A stretch of DNA of 63,449 bases, counting the filler, from Aduncisulcus paluster (Eukaryota): NCBI GenBank assembly GCA_024181965.1. It is 11 parts of 11 records of this genome, joined end to end, with 100 filler letters (N's around TTAATTAATTAA, not from the genome) between each part and the next. Parts side by side here need not be neighbours in the genome. Positions count along the whole stretch, not along the records: positions 18,887 to 47,614 come from BQXS01012303.1; 10 more parts are not named here. One strand, written 5' to 3'. This document shows, piece by piece, positions 35,046 through 46,755 of the stretch. The position numbers were made by a program, and so were the translations under genes. The notes under the pieces are model-generated. The model did no database searches, was not told the DNA's origin, and was given only the letters and a program-made list of their open reading frames with translations. Positions within the stretch are counted from its first letter, which is position 1, and every line of letters begins with the position of its first letter.

Positions 35046-37223
35046 ATGCCAAATCATTTGTCTTCTGAAGAAGGGTATACTCTTGAATCTAGTTCTGTTG
35101 TACCTATTTGCAATGGTTCTTTTTCATTAGTACCTAATTCATCCTCCAATAAGTTAAAACCGATTTATAATCATATTTATGCTCATGCTTGCCTTGAATT
35201 GAGTGAGTCAGAAGATTGCTGTCAACAGGCACAATTACTGACTTTACCGTCTGGACATGAGATTAATGTTATCATATATCCATCTCATGTATCAAATCCA
35301 TCTTATGCTGCCGTCAGTCTGCAAGCTCATGCACTTCCAAGTTTTGCTTCTGTTACTCTTCCTCGGGTTCTTATGGAATGTAAACTTGTGCACAAGGAAA
35401 ACGATTCAGAAAGTGTTGTGATCAAAGAGGTGTATAATTTCCCCAAAGGTCACAGAGAAGGCTTATTCGTCCCTCTTGGTCCCCGTTCCAATATTTTTGA
35501 ATCAAGTTATGGTTTCCTTCATGACAACAAAGTTTTGTTTGATATCCACGTTATGATTTTGGATGAAGGATTGACCATGCATGAGTGTAAGTGTCTTCAC
35601 TCCCTCGAGAAGTTGCTCTCTTCCCCTAATTACCAGTTGAATGAAACCCAAATTGCTGAAACGCTCAAAGACCTTACTCCTTCCTCAGAAATGAAGGATG
35701 CTTACGGTTCTCGGACCAATTTAATTGCTCGGGAAATTCTTGCCGTTGCTTCACATACCATTGATGGAGAGACCAATCCTGTGAAATGTGCTTTTGTGTC
35801 AAGACAACCAAAAATCATTGAGATGGCTGCCATGCTCGTGTCCTTGATTTCTGAGGATAATGCCTCTCAACAAGTCGCCAGTAATATGGGTCGCATTCTC
35901 AAGTTTCACTCCCCATGCAGTTGTGTGTCTGCTATTTTAGGTTCTATAAGAATTGTTTTTGGATGCGTTGCAGAGTTTCTTTCTCTCTCAATTGCGACTG
36001 AAATGGCCCAACGACACATATCTGAGCGTGCTAGACGATGTGCTCTTCTCGATGATATTGAATCTCCTGTTAATCGTTACCTTCGTTCGAGAAGACTTCG
36101 TGCCCGAGAAGTCTTGGCAAGCTCTACTGAGTCTGAATTCATTGATGATGATGATAGGGATCCTCATCACGACAATGCTCAGGATGACGATTCTCTCCCA
36201 AAAAGAATCCAATCACCTGTGCATGATGTCTCCTCAAATGAAGAACATGAAGAACGGATGTCCTCAGACGATTCTGATAATTGGATTGATCTTGGCGAGG
36301 ATAGCGATGAAAAGACCGGATGTGACTCTATTCATATTCATGACAAGGATGGGGATGTTGATCTGATTATCACTGCTGAAATAACCCATGGGTGTGCAGA
36401 CTCTTGTGAAGAGGAGGAGGAAGAAGAGGGACAAGCTCCTGGTGAAGACCAAACCCATATCAACACAAGTACATGTGACTCTTCGATGCAAACTCCCCCT
36501 TTTCTCTCTCATTGTGTTCTCAATGATGCATCTCGTACATCTCGGTCTATTCGTCCATCAAATTCTGATATTTCTTGCATTATGCCTCCCAAAAAGATCC
36601 TTACTCCTGATGATTCCGTCCGTGATTTTGACGCTGCAGACCTTAGCAAAGAGGAGCTCATTCAACGATGTGCCATCCTAGAGATGAAAGTAGCAACAAT
36701 GTCTCCATTTGTCCTTCTTGAATTGCGAGAAAGGGAATCTGCTGCCTCGAGAGCGGCTCTTCTCGCTGAACAAAAAATGATTATGTGTTGTATTGAAAAG
36801 AGACATTTAGAGCAAGAAAGAATGGAATTGGGTGACAAACTATCCTTCTTGAGCCATGAAAATGAAAGATTGAGTAAGCAAACCGAGGAATTGAAAGAAA
36901 CACTCGGTGAGAAAGAGAAAGAAGTCTCACAATACTCAAAAACACTCGATGTTTTGCAGACTAGAATTAAGAATTTCGACTCCCAATTATCATGTCTCCA
37001 TCAATCTTCGTCCACAGCCGATAAGTTGTCGGTTTCAAGACTCCCAATCGGCTATCCCACTGATGGGGGTTATGTCTCTGATATCGCATCCAAAGTCGTC
37101 GAGCTTCTTCGTCATGGAGAGATTGCTCCTTGTATTCCTACAACACCTGGGAGCTCCCCTCATCAAAAACCAGTGGTTCTATTGAAAGCTTCTCGTTGTC
37201 CTTCAGATATTCCCAAGAAATAA
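35046..37223 (+). CDS. MATH/TRAF-domain plus coiled-coil protein
   Basis: N-terminal INVIIYP..AVSL..GFLHDNKVLFDIHV fits the MATH pattern; acidic linker; C-terminal heptads. Confidence 0.65.
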   Translation: MPNHLSSEEGYTLESSSVVPICNGSFSLVPNSSSNKLKPIYNHIYAHACLELSESEDCCQQAQLLTLPSGHEINVIIYPSHVSNPSYAAVSLQAHALPSFASVTLPRVLMECKLVHKENDSESVVIKEVYNFPKGHREGLFVPLGPRSNIFESSYGFLHDNKVLFDIHVMILDEGLTMHECKCLHSLEKLLSSPNYQLNETQIAETLKDLTPSSEMKDAYGSRTNLIAREILAVASHTIDGETNPVKCAFVSRQPKIIEMAAMLVSLISEDNASQQVASNMGRILKFHSPCSCVSAILGSIRIVFGCVAEFLSLSIATEMAQRHISERARRCALLDDIESPVNRYLRSRRLRAREVLASSTESEFIDDDDRDPHHDNAQDDDSLPKRIQSPVHDVSSNEEHEERMSSDDSDNWIDLGEDSDEKTGCDSIHIHDKDGDVDLIITAEITHGCADSCEEEEEEEGQAPGEDQTHINTSTCDSSMQTPPFLSHCVLNDASRTSRSIRPSNSDISCIMPPKKILTPDDSVRDFDAADLSKEELIQRCAILEMKVATMSPFVLLELRERESAASRAALLAEQKMIMCCIEKRHLEQERMELGDKLSFLSHENERLSKQTEELKETLGEKEKEVSQYSKTLDVLQTRIKNFDSQLSCLHQSSSTADKLSVSRLPIGYPTDGGYVSDIASKVVELLRHGEIAPCIPTTPGSSPHQKPVVLLKASRCPSDIPKK

Positions 37224-37833
37224 CTCCAGGTGGTATGAGACCGATTTCGTTTTTTGTTTTTGTTTGTTTTGTTTATTTTTTTAGCTTTTGATGTTTTGTT
37301 TATCAAATTTTATTTAATTTCTTTATTTAATCATTTTTTAGTTTTTTCCTCATTGTATTATGATTTCAAAGTGCATCTCAAGGCATCATTTCAATCCCAC
37401 GAAGTGTCTAAAGGATCATCTAAAGGGAAATTATCACAAAAAATTCGTTTCTTCAATAAATTAATTAATAAAGAGCCATGTTAGTAGATTTATGTTGGAC
37501 AAGAGCCGCCACAACTGTTCATGATTTCAAAGATCGTGATATGGTGAAACAATGGGCAAAATCTAGATATGGAAACTTATTGTTATAAAATATTAATGTA
37601 TCATCGAATCAATGGATAATATGTTTCACTATATTCAGGATTCCAAGAGAAATCAAAGCATTTTGATTGGCGAACGATCTACTTTTATCATAATTGTTTC
37701 CCGCTTAAATTTTTTATTTTTATCAATATATCTAATCATAAATTATTTTATTTGCTTCTAATTCCTGTTAATACTCTCTGAAATGAAAATCCTTTCTCAA
37801 CACATGTTTTGATAACCTCACACCTGTTATATA

Positions 37834-40800
37834 ATGTTAAAATTTGCAGAAACTCCAGAAAAACGATGTAAATGTATGTTTTTTGTGTCTTTGCTCTCTA
37901 TTTTCGTTTTTTTATAATTTCGTTGACTTAACAATGTTGAGTCAACATTGATGTTTGTGCCAATTATTTTCACGCCAGTTATCATTTTGGGCCCAAAATC
38001 ATCGGGAAAATCTTCCATATTTTCGAGAATTAGAGATTCTATTTCCTGTGTTGTGGGCGATTCTCCTTCGGGTAAAGAGTTACATTCTATTATTTCAATT
38101 CGAAGTATTCTAACTGAAACGCATATTATTGATTTCTCTCTACCAATATCTTTTGAAGATGATCAATTTTATTCCGAATTTGAAAAACTTATGTCCGGAG
38201 TTGATTCGATAATTCTTGTCTATGATATTACAGATCCATTTTCTTTCAACGAATGTAAAATATTATTATCTCAGATCAGAGATTTGTTTATATCTGAACC
38301 GACTGTTCATTTGATTGGTAATAAGTTGGATAGACCTCATTTGAGAAAGGTAGAGAAGTCTGAAGCTCAAAAATATTGCAATGGCCATAAAATGTATCAT
38401 ACTGAACTTTCTGCAATGGATGGATTTGATTCCAGATCTTTTTTACGCCAAATGGTTGAGATCTCAGCAATTGTTCCAACAATCCAGCATTCATTGGTGA
38501 AAACCAAATTTGGTTCAGATGTCTCTTTCGATTCTTCATCAGAAAAGGCAGATATTTCATATAAAGTTGTCCTTTTGGGGCATACTGACTCTGGAAAAAC
38601 ATGCATATGTGAACGATTATTAGGAAAACCATTTCGAGAAGAATTCAGATCAACGATTGGTGCAGAATATTTTGCCAAATATATCTCCGTTTTTGGCAAT
38701 AATATTAAAATCAATTTTTGGGATACTGCAGGCGCTGATCGTTTTAGATCCCTCCATCCTTTGTATATCCGTCGATCAGATGCTGTGCTCTTCGTGTTTG
38801 ACATCACAAATAGAGAATCATTCCAAGACGTTGAGAAGTGGCTTGAAATGGTATCTCACGTTGATCCTGCGCCAAAGATCATGTTTTTGATAGGGAATAA
38901 GCTGGACAAATCGATAGATAGAGCTGTTTCCATACCTGAGGCCCAAACTTATGCTTCCGCGCACAATCTGCTCTATTTTGAGTCTACTTCTCTCCACGTT
39001 GCGCATTTAGAGGTTATTATGAAGGAAATCTTTGGTAATATTTATAATGCAGTCACTTCTTCCTCTTCAATCGAAAAAACATCTTCTTCTCGAGAAATAA
39101 TTAAGAATTCCTTGCTGCGGGATGACATTATTTCCATCATTGATGAAGCTTATTGTGAAATTTCACCCGAAAGAAAGGGGAAAATACTCTCTAAACATTA
39201 TGATATCTTCAAATCAATGCTCTCAAGTCCTATCCATAAAGGAAATACAAATCTCTTAAAATTGATTTGTGATTCTATTGGTTATATTGTTGCAAGTGGA
39301 ATTAATCCGATATTCATAAAACGATCATACTTACCACAGATAATGAGCCTTGTTGAACTAATAGTGGCTATTGAAAAATCAGGTCAAATGATGCTTACCC
39401 AAAGCTTGTATGCTATTTGCTGGAAATTCTATTGGATTGATTCTTCAGAAAAGTATCTTGGGTCTTTAAGAAAAATTATGGCCCCCTCTTTTGATCTAAT
39501 TCATTCTTGTGTACAGTATTCTGATATTTCAGGTCCAACAGTTCTTGCTGGAGCTCTGAGTCTCTGTGGGCGACCATTAAAGCCATTAAAAGCCAAAGGT
39601 CAAGGTCGGGATTCAATGTTTCAACATTTTTATTTATGTCAGGAAAAAAGTATAAAATTTTGGGAAAAGATTATCTCTGAAAAAAATATTTCTCAAATAT
39701 TGGAAATTCTATACCACGTTACAACCATATCTCTTTCCTCTTCTTCCTCTTCCTCTTCTTCTTCCTCTTCCTCTTCTTCTTCTTCTTTCGTTCCGTATAT
39801 TAATCCGTGTATCCATCGATGTGAACATCTTTTGTTTTTGATTCCTCTTTTTATAACCACCTTCCGAACCAAGACTGGAACTTTGCAAATACAAGGAAAT
39901 GCAATTTCTTTCCTCTCTAATTTGTGTCATATTCCATCTGTGGCTTCTGATTTCTATAATCGAGCTCGATTGATGCTTATTGATTGGTTTGAAGGATTTA
40001 AAAAGAATTTTGATTACTATTCAATTTCATGTTGGTGTTTCTTGATAGCCACGGTTTGCTTGAATTGTGATGATTCAAATTGTGTTATACCTTTTGAAAT
40101 TGATAAGTTTTCTCCTTTAATGAAATGGTCTCGTGAAAATGTCCATGTAAAATGTGAAGAATCACTTAAAATCTTCACTCTTGGTTGTGAAAGAAGGAAA
40201 AGAAAGAATTCCATTCTTGCCCTTGAAATGGAAATGCATTTCAACACAAGTGAATGTGTTAAACAGGGGAAACCCTCAGATTCCACTGTAAAATGGTCTG
40301 AAAGGAAGGAAAGGAAGATAAATATGATAAATAAGGAGAAAGAAGGAAGTTCAAGGCCTCATCCAACTTCTTCCTCTTTTCTTTTTGTTGCGAATGGGAA
40401 GGAACCCAGTTCTGCAACCTTCTCAAATGTACATCTATTTTTAGAATCTCCTTCCTCAATTAAATGCCTTCATGTTTGCATAAAGAAACATTATCCTGAG
40501 AATCCATATTATCTCAAAATTATCTTTCATGTTCAACACGAACATGATTTCCCCTCCAAAAAAGAAGTTTCTCAGTCAACTAATCATTCTATAATTAGAT
40601 ACTTTAAGATATCTCCAGCTTTTTCTGAAAGTATCGGTGGGAAACGATCAAAACATTTATATGAATGGCATTCGCTTAACGTTGGCTTAAGTGATATTGT
40701 TTCTGTTGAGATCGAATGTTTATCCTCTTCTTTGTATGATCCCTGGTGTAAAATATTCGGATTTACAATGGTTGGAGAGCTTTTAACGGAGACAACCCAA

Positions 40801-42279
40801 AGAATTTCCCATGAACTTGAACAAAAAAAATCTTCTCAGCTGACTGATCGTAGACTTCGTGATGATATTAGTTTAAAGATTGATGTAATACATGAATCTA
40901 GACAAGAAGAAACCAAACTGGATATTCATTCGAAATCTATTTCAGAAACTTCTTTCCTTTCTTCCTCATCTTTCACAATCTCCTCCAAAGAAAAGATTCA
41001 TATTTTATGTATCATCGGCAATGGTGGCTTTGGAGAAGTATTACTTGTTAAAATCGATGGAATTGACTCATTATGTGTTCTTAAACGTATGTTACACGTT
41101 GCAGATAAGTCGGTGATAAGGAGCTGTAAAAAAGAATTTAAAGATCAGATGAAATTATTCATGAATCCAAAATGTTTCAATCGAATTCCTCGCCCATTAT
41201 TTATCCTCGATCTTATCGATCGAACATCTTATTCTGGCGAATATGGTTTTATTATGGAATTTTGTCAAGGAGGGAGCGTATCTTCATTTGCTAAGGAATG
41301 GTGTAAGGTCTCAAATGATAAACATAAATATTCTAAACGGCATTGTGAATCCAAAATAGAACTTGAGGAATCTGAAGAATCGGATTCAACAAGTGATGAT
41401 GTTGACACTGATGATTCAGTGAGTGTTCCGAAAATAGATCCAGTGCGGATTGCTTCATTGTGTGTTGCATGCGTTGAATGTCTTGATGATGTTTTTTGTG
41501 CAAAATCATCGTTAGTTCATCGAGATATTAAGCCTGAGAACTTTCTAGTTAAGTTGGATTCGAGTGGAAATTGGCGAATAGTTCTCGGAGATCTTGGATT
41601 GGTTGAAATTCAAGATTCTGTCTCCGCTTCTGGAAAATCCAGGACTTTCTCAAAGAAAGTTTCTCCAATGTCTAAAAATAGTGACATGATCAAAGAAACA
41701 TCTGTCGGCAAAGAAGTACAATCTAGTCAACTTGAACCCCGGTTTTGTGGAACTTTTGTATTTAATTCATATGAAGCTCTCAAATTGGGTCTCCATTCCC
41801 GCGATAGTGATGCTTATTCACTTGGAATGACTATTTTTGCCCTATTTTCTGGACATCCACCATTTTTTGGATCTCCTCTATTGCGTGGAATCTCGGACGA
41901 AACATTATTTGTGAAGAGGTTACTATATTTGATGGACGAGGGCATGATTAGTTCATTAACAGATCTAGATCTATTTTTAGCTTTAAAAACAATGGAAAAA
42001 GGAAAGTATTTACAGGTGTTTGATGCTTTGAATAAGATATTTATTGGATTGACAAAGAAAAACAGAATTAATCGAATGTCTGTTCATGACGCTCGGATAA
42101 TCATAGATAGTGTAAAAGATCTGCTTCCCAACATTGGGGAAGGTTGGAAATGTCCTTCCATCGACGATTTTATCAGGGAGAAAATGATTGAATTTGGAAC
42201 TTGGGAGTCAGAGACATTGAAATCAAAGCCGATACATGGCCTGGACAGCATATCAATGGGAGATTGGGATAGTAGGTGA
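37834..42279 (+). CDS. Tandem Rab-like GTPase x2 + helical region + Ser/Thr kinase fusion; exons 37834-37873 and 37979-42279
   Basis: GTPase 1: KFIILGPKSSGKS, NKLD, ELSA. GTPase 2: GHTDSGKT, TIGAEY, WDTAGADRF, NKLD. Kinase: GNGGFGEV, VLK, HRDIKPEN, GDLG. 105-nt GTATGT..CAG intron at 37874-37978. Confidence 0.9.
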
Positions 42280-42720
42280 TGGAACTTGCTCTCCATTTCT
42301 TTCTCGTTAATCGGTTCTTGGCGTTATAATATATATTTGTATATTGAATGATACAAATTCTTATTTTAAACCACCGGTTTAATGCTGTTTATAATATTTT
42401 AGTAAAATATCCTGTATAAAGTTGAAAATATTAAAAAAACTCAGGGTGGCGTCATAATATTTTTTGGGGTAATTTTTTTTGAATAATTATTATTACATCT
42501 CCATTTGAATGACTCTAACCAAAATTTGGTCTGAAAGTTAATCTATCTTCTCAGAAGAAAAGAATAAAATATAACGACACATTTTGACCACCCCAAATCA
42601 ATTAATATCCTTAAATTGAAAATTTTGATTGTTATTTTCTTTCTACAAATCTTATATTCCATTCTTGACCACTAAAATATCGAATATATAAAAAAAATTA
42701 TTACTACCCACCCACAACCC

Positions 42721-44853
42721 ATGATTGTTTTAATTTCTTCGTACATGTTTGGTAAAAATCATCTAAATTATTCATTCATAATATTTATTCTATTATTTTG
42801 TTGCCTTTTCTTTTATTCAACATGTAAAACGAATGATCTGAATCCCCAAACCCAATTTGGCGAATTATTGCAATTATCTGATCATTATTTTGATAATAAT
42901 ATAACAGATGAAACATATACACATGTTTCTGGTAAATCTGTTGCTTCCTTGTTCTTTGGAATCATATTCGGCGGAATTGGTGGAATTTGTATTTTATATG
43001 GGATCTTCGCATATTTTTGTTGTATTAAAGAGATATGTACCTTGTCTTGTCTCCCTATATTACTAATTTTGTCTACTTTGGCGACATTTCCTCTCATTTT
43101 TGCTTTTCTCTTCGTAATTTCATCTTCATCTCTTGCTTATTGTTTTCCCTTGTTTTTTTCTTTTGCTGCGGCGTTTGTTCTTAGTTTAATTGGATGTCAA
43201 GATCGTCTTCTTCAAAGAAATGAGGATAACAAAATGTTTCTTTTCAGAACACCTTTTCTTGTCGTTATTTTCTTTGTTTTTGGCGCAATTCTTGGTTTGG
43301 ATATTTTATTTTTTCATCAATATACATATTTCATTGATTCTGGTGCTATTTTACTATTTGGAATATTTTGTGCAATTGGTAATTCCACCGAACTTCTTTC
43401 TTGTCAAAAATCTTCGAAATCGAAATTACTTCATTATGTTTATCCAATATCTTCTGAAAATAATGATCAAAATAATGTTCTGAATTATATTCCTCCGTTT
43501 GAGGCTGAAAGTATTGATACAACATCTGTTGTTCCCAAATTATCACTTTCTCACGAAAAAATGAGAAAAAAGAAGGAATCAATTCATTCTCGAAAGAATT
43601 CTTTGATTATATTCGGCTCTGTTGAAGGTTCTGACAGACATTCTGTTTCTGCTGACTTGGGACCTCTAATAACTGTTCCCATCTTATCCAACCCTGACAA
43701 TATCTCCCTCCATACTTTCTCAGAAGATTCTATTTTTGGAAGTGTCTCAGATGTTGATAAGCATGTTGATTGGCAACATTTAGTTAGAGTCAAGGGTATT
43801 GAAATTCCTTGCTTTTTGAGGGTGATTATTGATAAAAAAAGGGCACGCCCGATAGATTCTTCAGGAATCCATTCTCTTTTCCATTCAAGTTCACAATCCT
43901 CCTTGCCAATTTATTTGACTCAAGATAGTGAAGTTCTTGTCAAGGAACGTGTTGTTTCTTCAGCCTTCCATGACGAGGACTTTATTCGAGCATGTGAACA
44001 AGACTTTGCCCTTCAAATTGAACTTTTCTCACACTCATCCGGTGAACCCCGGATTCCACAACCACTTTGTATCCTTGATCTTCTCGATTCGAAGGGAATA
44101 TATGGATTTATCACGGAGAACTGTGTTGGGGGCAATGTTTTCTCCTTTATTTCTGCTTGGTGTCGGAGAGATTCGACTCTTTTTGCTTCCCTATGTTGCG
44201 CCTCTATTGCTGTTGGCTGTATCGAATGTTTGGATGATCTTCTTGGCACAAAACCTTCATTCGTCCATGGAGAAATCAATCCGGCGAACTTTCTCATCCG
44301 AATAACGAGCAAAGGGTACTGTTCTCTCGTACTCAATCCGCTTCTCCCCTCTCAACAAATGTATTACGAGGAAGGTGAACTCGGTGCTTCGGACCAATGG
44401 TCTATGGAACGGAAGAGCGAAGTGATGATGGCCGTGAACTTCACGGAAGATCCCATGAATGTATACTATGCTTATGAACTCTTATGTCATGATTCTCCAT
44501 CTGAATTTAGTGATTGTTACTCACTTGGTATGACTTTATATGCTCTGTTCAAGGGATCACATCCATTCTCTGATAACAAACGCATCAAAAAGGCACGGTT
44601 ATCAGGGTTGAGCACTGATCCATTACTTCGAGAAATTCATGAGAAAGATCAGTTGCCAAAAATAGGGCAGTGTGAAATGTTTGATCGCTTGGAACAGGCC
44701 AGATATTCTCGCATTCACATGTGTCTTGAAAGTGTGTATCGTGGTTTGACAAGAAGAGAATGCAAGAAGAGGTTATCCATCCATGAAGTCAGAAAGATGA
44801 CCGATTCTATAAAGCATCTATTACCACCAATTGGCCAAGGGTGGATATGTTGA
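42721..44853 (+). CDS. Multi-pass membrane protein with a C-terminal pseudokinase domain
   Basis: About 6 hydrophobic segments in the N-terminal 230 aa. The kinase fold has HGEINPAN in place of HRD and no DFG or Gly-loop, and shares family motifs with the upstream kinase. Start codon uncertain. Confidence 0.8.
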   Translation: MIVLISSYMFGKNHLNYSFIIFILLFCCLFFYSTCKTNDLNPQTQFGELLQLSDHYFDNNITDETYTHVSGKSVASLFFGIIFGGIGGICILYGIFAYFCCIKEICTLSCLPILLILSTLATFPLIFAFLFVISSSSLAYCFPLFFSFAAAFVLSLIGCQDRLLQRNEDNKMFLFRTPFLVVIFFVFGAILGLDILFFHQYTYFIDSGAILLFGIFCAIGNSTELLSCQKSSKSKLLHYVYPISSENNDQNNVLNYIPPFEAESIDTTSVVPKLSLSHEKMRKKKESIHSRKNSLIIFGSVEGSDRHSVSADLGPLITVPILSNPDNISLHTFSEDSIFGSVSDVDKHVDWQHLVRVKGIEIPCFLRVIIDKKRARPIDSSGIHSLFHSSSQSSLPIYLTQDSEVLVKERVVSSAFHDEDFIRACEQDFALQIELFSHSSGEPRIPQPLCILDLLDSKGIYGFITENCVGGNVFSFISAWCRRDSTLFASLCCASIAVGCIECLDDLLGTKPSFVHGEINPANFLIRITSKGYCSLVLNPLLPSQQMYYEEGELGASDQWSMERKSEVMMAVNFTEDPMNVYYAYELLCHDSPSEFSDCYSLGMTLYALFKGSHPFSDNKRIKKARLSGLSTDPLLREIHEKDQLPKIGQCEMFDRLEQARYSRIHMCLESVYRGLTRRECKKRLSIHEVRKMTDSIKHLLPPIGQGWIC

Positions 44854-44969
44854 TTAAATCAATTTCATAATTAAATTAAATCAATTTCATAATCTTTACT
44901 TTTGGGTGATGAAGTCTAGAGGATGTACATAGATATTTGAGATGGTGACGGAGCCATAATCAACTAAAT

Positions 44970-45866
44970 TTAACGTCTATTTTCGGCCAAATCAATTGTT
45001 TCGAGAGTGGCATCATCAATTTGGTATTCTTTTTGCATCTTGATTGCCGATGGTTCCTCGAAATATATTGGAACTCCGGTCATTGTTCCAGCTTCGAGAG
45101 AAGCGGTATGATCAAATCTTTTCTGTTTTTCAGAAGTAAACGCATCTTTTTGTAATGATTTAGAACCAAATCTGAACGAAATACCCATGGATTTGCCAGT
45201 ATCAACAGTTTCCAACCGCTCACCTAATGTTTCGTCTTTAACGAACATTGTACGGGTTCCTTCTTGAATATCCTGTTTATCAATATCAACCATTTGTCCT
45301 TTCCTAGAAAAATACATTCCGGAATCAGGATTGATCTGTCCCGTTCCTTCTCCAAACCGATCGGCAGTCTCAGAACAATAAGGGGTCATGAGTGAAATAT
45401 CCTTGCTACGAACCATGTCGGCACCATACCTTCCCTGTTTGGCATACAATTCTTGTCTCACTTGACGACGAAGCTCATCCCGAGCATGAACAGTTTTGTA
45501 AGAAGTGGATCCATGTACAGCATTGGAATGAGACTTATCGCTGCGAGGATAACTCATGGCTTGTTGCATAGTTTCTCCAGGCACATCTACCGGAAGAATA
45601 CGTTGAGAGAGTGCAGCTTTTGTATACTTGGCTGGTTCTAGATGTTTTGGAAGGAAAACAGTTTCTTTCGTCATTGTAGTTCCATAAGTTGTTCTATATG
45701 TTGCACTACGAACACTTTTTGATGCAGCGCCTAACATTTCATCATCTAAATGTGATGGTTTTGGTCTACGAGTATAGATAAAGGAGTCGGGATTTGGATG
45801 AATTTTTGAATCCTTTTCAGGAGATCGTAAGGATGAAGAATATGTTGTAGTTTTGTTAAATGACAT
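44970..45866 (-). CDS. Unknown protein (about 298 aa)
   Basis: Likely start is ATG 45866 (MSFNKTTTY); the longer ORF-track call runs through the UBC9 3' copy. Confidence 0.7.
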   Translation of the reverse strand: MSFNKTTTYSSSLRSPEKDSKIHPNPDSFIYTRRPKPSHLDDEMLGAASKSVRSATYRTTYGTTMTKETVFLPKHLEPAKYTKAALSQRILPVDVPGETMQQAMSYPRSDKSHSNAVHGSTSYKTVHARDELRRQVRQELYAKQGRYGADMVRSKDISLMTPYCSETADRFGEGTGQINPDSGMYFSRKGQMVDIDKQDIQEGTRTMFVKDETLGERLETVDTGKSMGISFRFGSKSLQKDAFTSEKQKRFDHTASLEAGTMTGVPIYFEEPSAIKMQKEYQIDDATLETIDLAENRR

Positions 45867-46005
45867 ATTTAATTTAATTTTAGGTCGATAAACAAGAGGA
45901 TTTGTTGTCAAAGGGCGTAATTTTTTGAAATCGGGCTCAATCATCAAATTCTTTAGCAATCGTCCAATTATATTCCAAAAGAAAGAATAAATTGATTGGA
46001 TTGAA

Positions 46006-46755
46006 TTTTTATTCGACTCATTTTGCGATTGATCTCCTCTTTTTTGGAAGGGTGGAGAAAAGAGAGGCTGAATACTTCTCAAATTCGGCCACTGAACACT
46101 TTGCTGGACGTCTATCATCATCTCCAGGGCGAGAAGGGCGTTGATCATATCGGATCTTCTTGTCTTTGATATCTTTTACAACTCTCTTTAAGAAATCTTC
46201 ACTTTTGTTATTAAGGGCTTCTGTTCTACAGCGCATATAATATTCCCTTTTCTTATGGACAAAATCCTGATAGGCAGGCTTTTGAGCTGGAGAATGTTCA
46301 TTTGGTTCGTCCAATAATTGTTTTAATCCCCGCAAAATTTCACGGACTCCTAAACCCTGGTGCCATCCATNNNNNNNNNNNNNNNNNNNNTTTTTATTCG
46401 ACTCATTTTGCGATTGATCTCCTCTTTTTTGGAAGGGTGGAGAAAAGAGAGGCTGTATACTTCTCAAATTCGGCCACTGAACACTTTGCTGGACGTCTAT
46501 CATCATCTCCAGGGCGAGAAGGGCGTTGATCATATCGGATCTTCTTGTCTTTGATATCTTTTACAACTCTCTTTAAGAAATCTTCACTTTTGTTATTAAG
46601 GGCTTCTGTTCTACAGCGCATATAATATTCCCTTTTCTTATGGACAAAATCCTGATAGGCAGGCTTTTGAGCTGGAGAATGTTCATTTGGTTCGTCCAAT
46701 AATTGTTTTAATCCCCGCAAAATTTCACGGACTCCTAAACCCTGGTGCCATCCAT
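46006..46755. repeat. Duplication (46006-46370 / 46391-46755) around a 20-N gap, with one substitution
   Basis: A at 46071 vs T at 46456 (Ser vs Thr in the UBC9 tail). Confidence 0.9.

Noticed and set aside
46018..46533. Second UBC9 gene or chimeric 171-aa ORF
   Set aside because: Produced by reading across the N gap between two copies of the same 3' end.
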